Part shown: positions 1 through 7,286 of the stretch, one piece after another | Numbering within the stretch: the first letter of the stretch is position 1 | How the letters are laid out: each line of letters opens with the position of its first letter | NCBI GenBank assembly: GCA_951812955.1 | Contig: OX638340.1 | Coordinates: 3,616,001-3,680,000, forward strand | Direction: 5' to 3' | Origin: an uncultured Gemmatimonadota bacterium | Lineage (GTDB): Bacteria > JAAXHH01 | DNA length: 64,000 nt | Position numbers and translations under genes: made by a program | Notes under the pieces: model-generated | Databases searched by the model: none | What the model was told of the DNA's origin: nothing | The model's input: the letters and a program-made list of their open reading frames with translations, nothing else

Positions 1-1
1 G

Positions 2-1069
2 GTCCGTTTCCCCTCGGATGATACCGCCCTCGACCGGATCGAACGCTTCATGCAGCGGCTGGGGATACCCGTGGTGGCCTCCGTGGGCGGAGAGGTCGCC
101 GTGTACAGCGCCATGGCGCTGAGTTCACTTTCGGGCCTGGGCAACCTGTTCATCCCCATGGTCGTGGCCGCGCTGATCATCCTGAACACCATGATGAACG
201 CCGTCTATGAACGCTTCAGCGAAATCGGCGTATACAGCGCCGTGGGCCTGGCGCCGGCGCACATTGGCGCGTTGTTCATGGCCGAAGCCGCCATGTACGC
301 CGTGATCGGCGGCATGTCCGGCTACCTCATCGGGCAGACCGTTGCCCGCGGCATCACGGAATACGAGATGCTTGCGGGGTTGACGCTGAACTATTCCTCC
401 CTGTCCGCGGTGGCCTCGACGGCCATGGTCATGGTGGTGGTCATGCTCTCGACGATTTATCCAGCGCGCAAGGCCTCCCAGATGGCCGTTCCGGACGTCA
501 ACAGGCAGTGGTCCTTCCCCGATCCCGAAGGCGACGACTGGCGTTTCGAGTTTCCCTTTACCATCAGCCGCACGGAGACGCTCGGCCTGTGTGCTTATCT
601 GACCCGGTTCTTCGAGTCCTACGGCGAGAGTACGCTGGGGAGTTTCATGACGGACGAGGTGGGCCTGACGGGCAGGAATGGCGGCGCGACCGGCGCAGAC
701 GCGGACTCCGCATCGGGCGCGGCTACTGATTCCGCAGCCGGCGGGAACTTCGAATCGGCAGACGCCGCGGCCACGTACGAAATCACCATGAAGACTTGGC
801 TGGCCCCTTACGACACGGGAGTCAGCCAGCAGGTGACCCTTCACGCGTCGCCCGCCGAGGACGAACACGACCTGTACGCCGTGTGGGTGCACATCTATCG
901 CCTGAGCGGCGACGTGGATTCATGGCAACGACTCAACCGCCGCTTCCTGAACGTGCTACGCAAGCAGTTCCTGGTCTGGCGCACCGTGGACCAGGAGGTC
1001 AAAACGGTCTACGCGGGTGAGGGGCGGGAGATGATTGCATCCGTAGCGGGAGACGCGGTCGAAGCTTGA
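2..1069 (+). CDS. ABC transporter permease, FtsX/MacB-like C-terminal 4-TM domain followed by ~200-aa soluble extension (5' partial; continues upstream of window)
   Basis: Frame open from position 2 with no upstream stop. Hydrophobic block ...IGVYSAVGLAPAHIGALFMAEAAMYAVIGGMSGYLIG... is typical of FtsX-family permease helices. Stop at 1067-1069. Confidence 0.7.
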   Translation, partial: VRFPSDDTALDRIERFMQRLGIPVVASVGGEVAVYSAMALSSLSGLGNLFIPMVVAALIILNTMMNAVYERFSEIGVYSAVGLAPAHIGALFMAEAAMYAVIGGMSGYLIGQTVARGITEYEMLAGLTLNYSSLSAVASTAMVMVVVMLSTIYPARKASQMAVPDVNRQWSFPDPEGDDWRFEFPFTISRTETLGLCAYLTRFFESYGESTLGSFMTDEVGLTGRNGGATGADADSASGAATDSAAGGNFESADAAATYEITMKTWLAPYDTGVSQQVTLHASPAEDEHDLYAVWVHIYRLSGDVDSWQRLNRRFLNVLRKQFLVWRTVDQEVKTVYAGEGREMIASVAGDAVEA

Positions 1070-1170
1070 GCGTTCCCCGGTCCCGCCGGGCTCGCAAACG
1101 CGCCAGAGCGCTCCCCGTGGCTGCGGCGGTAGAGATATTGGTTTGAGCGCGGTCCTGATTGTCAGGCTGA

Positions 1171-1176
1171 AGGAGG
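1171..1176 (+). promoter_or_regulatory. Ribosome binding site (AGGAGG) for cupin gene
   Basis: AGGAGG lies 6 nt upstream of ATG 1183. Confidence 0.6.
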
Positions 1177-1182
1177 AATTCC

Positions 1183-1653
1183 ATGGAAGGCGGCGGCAGC
1201 GAAGGCTCCTGGCTCAACACGCTCATGGGACAGAACGTTCGGGTTATGACGCCGGGATCCGCCACGGAGGATCGCGTGACGGTCATCGAGGCCGTCGAGC
1301 CGCCCCACAGCTCGCCGCCCGTCTTCACCCGCCACGCCTTCATCGAGATGTTCCTGGTCGTCAGAGGTGCCCTGACGTTTCAGTTTCTACACGAAAGCGC
1401 CTTTGTGATCGAAGCTGGCCAGATGGTGACCGTACCCGGCTACCGGCCCCATTCCTTCTGGAACGAGGGGGACGACCCGGCGGCGGTCATGCTGATCTGC
1501 ACGCCCGCGGGGTTGGACCGGTTCTTCGAGGCTTCCGATCGGCTGCTTCGGCGCATGCCGCCGGACACGACCGATCCCGATGAGTTGAAAGCGGAGATGG
1601 CACGCCTTCGGAAGGAGTTCGGGCTGGAACACGTGGCGCCGGCGCCGCGGTGA
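1183..1653 (+). CDS. Cupin-domain protein (small single-cupin barrel)
   Basis: 156-aa ORF with strong RBS; sequence resembles the cupin_2 fold (…EMFLVVRGALTFQF…GQMVTVPGYRPHSFWNEGDDPAAVMLICTP…). Confidence 0.75.
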   Translation: MEGGGSEGSWLNTLMGQNVRVMTPGSATEDRVTVIEAVEPPHSSPPVFTRHAFIEMFLVVRGALTFQFLHESAFVIEAGQMVTVPGYRPHSFWNEGDDPAAVMLICTPAGLDRFFEASDRLLRRMPPDTTDPDELKAEMARLRKEFGLEHVAPAPR

Positions 1654-1954
1654 GGCTTGATTGTCTTAAGGAGGTAACGCTGTCGTTCAGATATACGTAA
1701 CTTCCCGAAAAGAACGTTACGGTGTCGACGAAACACCGTGGAATAGCACACGATTGAAGGATTTGATGTATCCTATAAACTGAGTTGACCCCGTTTAGTA
1801 CGTATGAATTTTTGTACAACGAGGAGTGTTCGACACAACTCCAAGAAATGTGAATCTGTCTACAAACTGGTAATCTTGGTTTTATGTGCACCGGGTAAAG
1901 TCAGTCCGCGTGGGTATGACAGCGTTTATCGGAAAGCTCGGTCGTATGAGGATC

Positions 1955-1960
1955 AAGGAG
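1955..1960 (+). promoter_or_regulatory. Ribosome binding site (AAGGAG) for TIR-like gene N-terminal segment
   Basis: AAGGAG lies 8 nt upstream of ATG 1969 (GTG at 1966). Confidence 0.55.
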
Positions 1961-1968
1961 TTGGCGTG

Positions 1969-2768
1969 ATGGCGAGAGTCCGAAAGTCAACTGCAATTGA
2001 ACGATTGCAGAGGTTGGTTGATGAGGCTTCAGAGCTGGATATGGAGGATGATAGCTCTCAGGAAGTTCAAAAATGGATACAGGACGTTTATACCGCTTTT
2101 ATCAACATATTCGGTGAGGATAGTTCTCAGTTTTCACGACTTCCGCAAAGTCACAAAACAACCCCAAGTGGGGTTCGTGAATACCTGAGATCAATGGTTT
2201 CCTGCGTCGCGTCTAGTCTCGATGAGATCAAGTACTTTCGGGAGGATGAAACAGAAACTGTGAAACAACCCTCAGAACAGGGTGACTTAAAAGCACCAGA
2301 TAAGGATTGTTACGACCAGGGATCGGCGACAAAAAAGTCTTTGTCGTTCATGGTCACGACGAGGCCGTCCTGCAGGCGGTTGCGAGATTTCTAGAAAAGC
2401 TGAAACTCGAACCAGTAATCCTGCACGAACAGGCGAATCAAGGCCGCACGATCATAGAGAAATTTGAGGATCATTCGGATGCGAGTTTTGCCGTGGTTCT
2501 GCTGACACCTGACGACATAGGCGCGGCCGTTACGGATAAGGCCGATCTACGGCACCGAGCTCGTCAGAACGTAATTCTCGAACTCGGATTCTTCATTGGG
2601 AAGTTGGGTCGCAACAGGGTCTGTGCTCTGAAATCGCGTTGTGTCGAAAATCCGTCGGACGTCGATGGGATGGTCTATATCAACCTCGACGAGCCAGATG
2701 CATGGAAGACCGGACTCGTGCGGGAGTTAATGGCAGCTGGTTTCGCCATCGACGCTAACTGGGTTTAG
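1969..2768 (+). pseudogene. TIR-like domain protein (COG4271/PF10137-type 'predicted nucleotide-binding protein containing TIR-like domain'), split by a -1 frameshift in an A6 homopolymer (2331-2336)
   Basis: The frame-1 ORF (1969..2394, helical N-terminal part) and the frame-0 ORF (2307..2768) overlap. The frame-0 product KKVFVVHGHDEAVLQAVARFLEKLKLEPVILHEQANQGRTIIEKFE…FAVVLLTPDDIG…RARQNVILELGFFIGKLGRNRVCAL…PSDVDGMVYI matches my recollection of the TIR-like family consensus. Adding one A to the run gacAAAAAAgtc fuses the two frames (…ATKKVFVVHG…). Confidence 0.55.
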
Positions 2769-2773
2769 CAGCC

Positions 2774-3079
2774 ATGAACGCACAGTTGTCGATTTCCAAA
2801 ACCGAATTGTCAGCCTATTGTAAAAATCATGGCATCCGACGATTAGCAATTTTCGGATCGGTGCTCCGGCCAGATTTTGGCCCGGAGAGCGATATCGACG
2901 TACTGGTCGAGTTCGCACCGAGTCACACTCCCGGTCTGCTGGGCATGGCCGGATTGGAGATTGAACTATCCGAATTGTTTGGCGGTCGGAAGGTGGACCT
3001 GCGGACTCCTGAGGAATTGAGTCGTTATTTTCGACAGAAGGTCATTGACACGGCAGAAGTTCTATATGTGCAGGGATGA
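2774..3079 (+). CDS. mnt: Minimal nucleotidyltransferase (MNT), antitoxin partner of the HepT/MNT type II TA family
   Basis: 101 aa; contains the hallmark GS-x9-13-DxD motif (LAIFGSVLRPDFGPESDIDVLVEF). It starts 6 nt after the TIR-like stop codon and its 3' end overlaps the following HepT remnant. Confidence 0.8.
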   Translation: MNAQLSISKTELSAYCKNHGIRRLAIFGSVLRPDFGPESDIDVLVEFAPSHTPGLLGMAGLEIELSELFGGRKVDLRTPEELSRYFRQKVIDTAEVLYVQG

Positions 3080-3188
3080 CGAAATCCCATTACAGCACAT
3101 GTTGGACGCCGAGCGGGAGGCAGTGTGTTTTTCACGAGGACACAGTTGGTTGCAGCCGCTAAGTCAAGCCTACCATATCGCGCGTGAA
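3066..3188 (+). pseudogene. hepT: HepT (HEPN, DUF86) toxin remnant, truncated to ~40 codons
   Basis: An ATG at 3066 overlaps the MNT stop in the usual MNT-HepT arrangement. The translation MCRDDEIPLQHMLDAEREAVCFSRGHSW… resembles a HepT N-terminus, but a stop follows after 40 codons, before where the Rx4-6H HEPN motif would lie. Confidence 0.45.
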
Positions 3189-3550
3189 TAGTAATCCAGG
3201 ATGGTGGTGTCCGAAGTCACGAGCAGGCATTTGTTCAATTTGGCCGTGGCCACGATCGTGCGGTCGACAGGATCCCGGTGATCCCAGTCCAGTTCGAGAT
3301 TCCCAATCCATGTCCGCACGTCCACTGGACGTACTTCAATCCGTTCGGTCCGTTCCAGATTTTATGCGAAGTCCTGAATGGACAGGGGCAACACAAGATC
3401 GGCCTTTTTCACCCTAACGCCGATCTCCCAGATCGAGATCGAACTGATGCACACGCGGTCGGCTTGTGTAATCGTCTGGTCGTCGATTTTGGACAGGCGT
3501 TCGGGATCCAGTGTCCAGAAAACAAGCGCGGACGTATCCAGTACGACCAT
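3172..3550 (-). pseudogene. PIN-domain (VapC-like) toxin gene disrupted by an in-frame TAA and a frameshift
   Basis: The N-terminal 62 codons (MVVLDTSALVFWTLDPE…) end at TAA (3362-3364). Read in the same frame, the next stretch is …IEVRPVDVRTWIGNLELDWDHRDPVDRTIVATA, which carries the conserved PIN motif. The C-terminal …LLVTSDTTILDYYSRA lies in another frame. Confidence 0.55.
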
Positions 3551-3780
3551 TACGTTTCATCCCATTCGTCGATTGTCGGTGTGTCGATGTCTCCATGATA
3601 GACGATCTTTCCCCGCAGTCCATCGAAGATCCTGTCAACCGATTGCTTTGGCTTTATGGGTTTTACACTGAGAACTGGACTCCGGTTATGCGTTACGATC
3701 AGATCCTCGCCCGATTCCTCGATTTCTCGAAATACCCGAAGCATATTGGCCTTCAGCTTGCTCTTCGATTTGAACAGCAT
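3550..3780 (-). CDS. Phd/YefM-family type II antitoxin
   Basis: 76 aa. KLKANMLRVFREIEESGEDLIVTHNRSPVLSVKPI matches the Phd/YefM N-terminal consensus. It overlaps the downstream PIN start by 1 nt (ATGA). Confidence 0.65.
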   Translation of the reverse strand: MLFKSKSKLKANMLRVFREIEESGEDLIVTHNRSPVLSVKPIKPKQSVDRIFDGLRGKIVYHGDIDTPTIDEWDET

Positions 3781-3950
3781 ATGGACTCCAGTCTGTTTAG
3801 TAAAAGACTATGGGCATGACCCTGGTTATATTCGAAGGATTTCCTATGAACCGTCAAGGATTTATCTCATTCTCGGCAACTTAGAAGTCGGATTCCGTGC
3901 GACTATTCCGACTGTATAGGTATGATGTTCAATTCAATGTGTAAGACAGG

Positions 3951-3979
3951 TTGACAATCGACGTCCCGACGTCTAATAT
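3951..3979 (+). promoter_or_regulatory. Sigma70-like promoter TTGACA-N17-TAATAT; start codon 7 nt after the -10 (probably a leaderless transcript); spacer contains two GACGTC palindromes
   Basis: TTGACA at 3951-3956, 17-nt spacer atCGACGTCccGACGTCta, TAATAT at 3974-3979, ATG at 3986. Confidence 0.5.
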
Positions 3980-3985
3980 TAAAAT

Positions 3986-5122
3986 ATGGCCACTAACACC
4001 GAAAGATACGCTCCTGGTCGAGTACGAGATGCGATAATCCGGGTGATGAGACTAACGACAGAAGGTTTGTCTGCTAAACAGATCGCAGCGAGAGTTGCAA
4101 AGATAGAGGGCCACATGCCTGAGTCCTCGATCAGGTCTTATCTTCGTCTGAACACTCCAGAGACATTTGTTCGTGAAAGGAGGGGGGTATACCGCCTTAA
4201 GGTAGATCATGACAGCAGTCTGCAACGAACGATGTTCAGGAGTCCACCTTGGCAGGAACCCTTCAAGTTTGGATCGGCTACATTGTTTCATAGTGAATGT
4301 TTGGATTGGCTGGACGCAAGAGATGACCAATCAATCCACGCGATAGTTACCGATCCACCTTACGGTCTGCAGGAATACACAGCGAAAGAGCAGACGAAAC
4401 TCCGAAATAGGAAGGGGGGGATCTGGAGGATTCCTCCTGCATTTGATGGCCACGTTCGTTCGCCGTTACCAAGATTCACTACTTTAACCGATGAACAAAA
4501 ACTTTATCTTCGGGAGTTTTTCTATATCTGGTCTCGTCTACTGATCCCCAAGTTGGTACCTGGCGCCAACGTGGTCGTTGCCTCCAATCCACTACTCTCC
4601 CACATTGTCGCCGGCGCTATAGCGGATTCGGGGCTTGAAAGACGCGGCGACATCGTCAGGCTTGTTATGACTATGCGTGGCGGTGATCGGCCAAAAGCGG
4701 CACATGATGAATTCAAGGACGTCAGTGTGCTCCCCAGATCAATGTGGGAGCCATGGCTGATATTCCGTAGGCCTGTGGAGGGAAGAGTACAGGACAACCT
4801 CAGAAAATGGAAAACGGGAGGGTTTCGACGGCCGACTGGACTCAAGCCATTCGGAGATGTTATTCAATCTTCCCCGACCAGAAAAAATGAGAAGGCGATA
4901 GCACCTCACCCCAGCCTTAAGCCACAATCCTTCTTACGACGCCTCGTGAGGGGTGTTCTTCCACTAGGTGAGGGTATAGTTGTCGATCCCTTTGCCGGCG
5001 CTGGCTCTACTCTCGCGGCCGCTGAAGCAGTTGGGTACGAGTCAATCGGAATAGAAAAGGATTCTCTGTACTTCAATATGGCCAAGGAAGCACTACAGCC
5101 ACTAGCCGAGCTCGAAGTGTAG
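3986..5122 (+). CDS. DNA methyltransferase (N6-adenine or N4-cytosine; beta-class, motif IV DPPY before motif I) with N-terminal helix-turn-helix-like domain
   Basis: 378 aa. Motif IV is VTDPPYG (aa ~120). Motif I is VVDPFAGAGSTLAAA near the C-terminus. The N-terminal 70 aa (…LSAKQIAARVAKIEG…) look like a winged-helix domain. Confidence 0.8.
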   Translation: MATNTERYAPGRVRDAIIRVMRLTTEGLSAKQIAARVAKIEGHMPESSIRSYLRLNTPETFVRERRGVYRLKVDHDSSLQRTMFRSPPWQEPFKFGSATLFHSECLDWLDARDDQSIHAIVTDPPYGLQEYTAKEQTKLRNRKGGIWRIPPAFDGHVRSPLPRFTTLTDEQKLYLREFFYIWSRLLIPKLVPGANVVVASNPLLSHIVAGAIADSGLERRGDIVRLVMTMRGGDRPKAAHDEFKDVSVLPRSMWEPWLIFRRPVEGRVQDNLRKWKTGGFRRPTGLKPFGDVIQSSPTRKNEKAIAPHPSLKPQSFLRRLVRGVLPLGEGIVVDPFAGAGSTLAAAEAVGYESIGIEKDSLYFNMAKEALQPLAELEV

Positions 5123-5141
5123 GGACTGAAGGAATCCTCAA

Positions 5142-5672
5142 TTACCTGTCTAGGTAAATCCAGTTCTCGCGAAGTTTACTCACGCCAAAGCGGTCAAGTG
5201 TGGCAGTTCGTGTGCCGAGTTCCCCTCTCGGATTGCGTCTAAAGTCTTCGATGGTTACCCTAGATAGGTAGACTTCCCTAAACGTCATTGGAAGTCTTGA
5301 TGAAGAGGGTTCGGTTTTGTTATCGACCTCGTATACAAATACACACATCCACTGGTCGCGCGCGCCATGTGTATCGACCGCACCGCCTTTTTTCTTCGTG
5401 GTTTTGATTTCAAGACCCTGATCTCCCGACTTAACGGAGTTTTCTGCGTAAACTCCCTGAACGAGAAGGTCAGGATGGCCATTGAAGTAGTTGTTTTCAG
5501 TAAGCACCCTTGAATGTTTAGCCAGACTGGCCGTCAGCATGTCCGATAGCACACCAGACATGATAGCGGGTCTCAACATATCGTCAAGCCGTTCCAGTCC
5601 GCGGTCTACCAGATGAGAATTGACATCGTGGAAGAAATCATAAACGTCCTGCATTGCCGACTCGAAATCCAT
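5142..5672 (-). CDS. Putative type II restriction endonuclease (PD-(D/E)XK candidate) partner of the adjacent methyltransferase
   Basis: 176-aa ORF convergent with and 20 nt from the methyltransferase. Candidate catalytic motif …GHPDLLVQ…(20 aa)…GLEIKTTKKK. AT-rich like the rest of the island. Confidence 0.45.
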   Translation of the reverse strand: MDFESAMQDVYDFFHDVNSHLVDRGLERLDDMLRPAIMSGVLSDMLTASLAKHSRVLTENNYFNGHPDLLVQGVYAENSVKSGDQGLEIKTTKKKGGAVDTHGARDQWMCVFVYEVDNKTEPSSSRLPMTFREVYLSRVTIEDFRRNPRGELGTRTATLDRFGVSKLRENWIYLDR

Positions 5673-5864
5673 AATGCGGAGCTGATATGGTAAAGTCGAG
5701 TCAGGATTGAATGATTCTCTTACTACGACATTTCTGGATTGTTTGATCCGTTCGTCTCCTTCATGTTATCTGAATGCATGTTTCAACAAAATGTGATTTA
5801 CTGTGAATTTGTAAACCACTACCTACAATATCATGACCTAGAATCTCATGAAAGTAAAATCAAT

Positions 5865-7019
5865 CTATTCCTCCACGGCCCGCAGATCCAGCGCCAGGTC
5901 GCGGAAGCTCCGCACGCGGTGTAGGGTGACCAGGTTGGTGTCGTGCTGGTTCTTGCCGCCGCGCGCGGTGCGGGCGACGACGAGTAGATCGTCTCCGGAG
6001 ATGACCTGCGAGGCGTAGCTGAAGGACTCCATAATGCTCCTGCTCATGGCCACGCATCCGGCCTGGAACCAGTTGAGGGCGTCCATGCTGTACATAAGCA
6101 TTAGGATACGCCGCTCGTTTCCCGGCGGTCCGCTGAAACCGATTCGCCGAAGGGGTTCCCGGTCCTGCCACGGGTTCGTGGACAGGGTCACCGTGGTCCA
6201 GTAGAGACCGCCTTTATCGTCGTGGACGATCTGAAACTTGCACTGGGCGCCCGGCATGGGGTGGAACTGGAGGAAACGGTAGTCGAGGTTCCGACCGTCG
6301 TCCTCGACCCGTCCGATTGATGCCAGGCTCGACGTCGTGTGGCCATCGACGATCGTGCGCATGACCATCCGGATCTCGCCGTCCACCAGCACGATGTTGC
6401 CCTCCAGGAAGCTGTCGGCCGGCACCTTGTCCTTCAGGCTTTCGGGATATTTCCGCTGCGAGAGCACATCGGGGATACCAGGAAACCGGACGTGATTGGA
6501 CATGCGCCAGGCCGCCGGATCCAGGAGGTCTCGCGCCAGGTCGCCGGCCACCACCAGCGACTTCCAGTCGAAACGGCTGGGCGCGTCGCAGGTCTCGAAG
6601 GCGCGGTAGGCATGCCCGTTGTGGATCAATACCGGCGTCGGTGCGCAGTGGTGCTTCCCTTCGAAGAGCGTGACCGGCCCTTCCCAGGTGAAGCCGCCGT
6701 CCCGGGAGCGGCCGATGACGATGTCCCGGCTTTTGCGCTTGTTTCCGATGAGATAGGCGTCGTCCCCGTAGGCCCAGACGGTCGCCCAGATGAAATCCTG
6801 GCACGACGCGAGGGTCCACGTTGCGCCGTCGTCGTCACTGACCAGTACCTCGGTCTGATCCGGCACGGATTCCTTGAGCGGACTGGGACGGAACCATTCG
6901 TAACTGGCCAGCAGGCGTCCCGAGCGCATCCGCGCGATCGACGGTGAACCGGCGTATACGTTCTCCGGGTCGGGTGACGAGGCCAGTACCTGGTAGTCTT
7001 TGGCGAGCATTCGATTCAT
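5865..7019 (-). CDS. BNR-repeat (sialidase/neuraminidase-like) glycoside hydrolase family protein; no signal peptide
   Basis: 384 aa with Asp-box motifs SDDDGATW and SRDGGFTW. Confidence 0.75.
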   Translation of the reverse strand: MNRMLAKDYQVLASSPDPENVYAGSPSIARMRSGRLLASYEWFRPSPLKESVPDQTEVLVSDDDGATWTLASCQDFIWATVWAYGDDAYLIGNKRKSRDIVIGRSRDGGFTWEGPVTLFEGKHHCAPTPVLIHNGHAYRAFETCDAPSRFDWKSLVVAGDLARDLLDPAAWRMSNHVRFPGIPDVLSQRKYPESLKDKVPADSFLEGNIVLVDGEIRMVMRTIVDGHTTSSLASIGRVEDDGRNLDYRFLQFHPMPGAQCKFQIVHDDKGGLYWTTVTLSTNPWQDREPLRRIGFSGPPGNERRILMLMYSMDALNWFQAGCVAMSRSIMESFSYASQVISGDDLLVVARTARGGKNQHDTNLVTLHRVRSFRDLALDLRAVEE

Positions 7020-7286
7020 GTCTAACGACCTCCTGGTGATTGGGATGTAAAAACGATTCTACCCGGGTGCAACGCGCTTGTCAACGGGAAGGTACCCGCT
7101 GGATCCGCTCGAAATCGCGCTACCCGAATACGAGAGCGCGAGACCTTCCCATAGTTCTTTACACGCGGCGCCATATTGCCCTTGATCTGAATCGCCCCCG
7201 ACCTGTATCATAGAACCGATCACCAGGACAACCATTCCAGATACGAACATAGCGCATCGAACCGGGTCCGCCGGGAGGATACACTT

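Noticed and set aside
1804-1968. Upstream extension of the TIR-like gene N-terminal ORF from ATG 1804
   Set aside because: No RBS; AT-rich; the internal start at 1969 has a good AAGGAG RBS and gives a more plausible N-terminus.
2774-3079. MNT nucleotidyltransferase considered as a CD-NTase cyclase forming a minimal CBASS with the upstream TIR-like effector
   Set aside because: At 101 aa it is a minimal nucleotidyltransferase with the HepT-partner motif, and it is followed in the canonical overlapping position by a HepT-like remnant. CD-NTases are much larger.
1655-5860. Searched island borders for tRNA gene, integrase or obvious att direct repeats
   Set aside because: None recognisable by eye; the island may be an old insertion or one acquired by homologous recombination.
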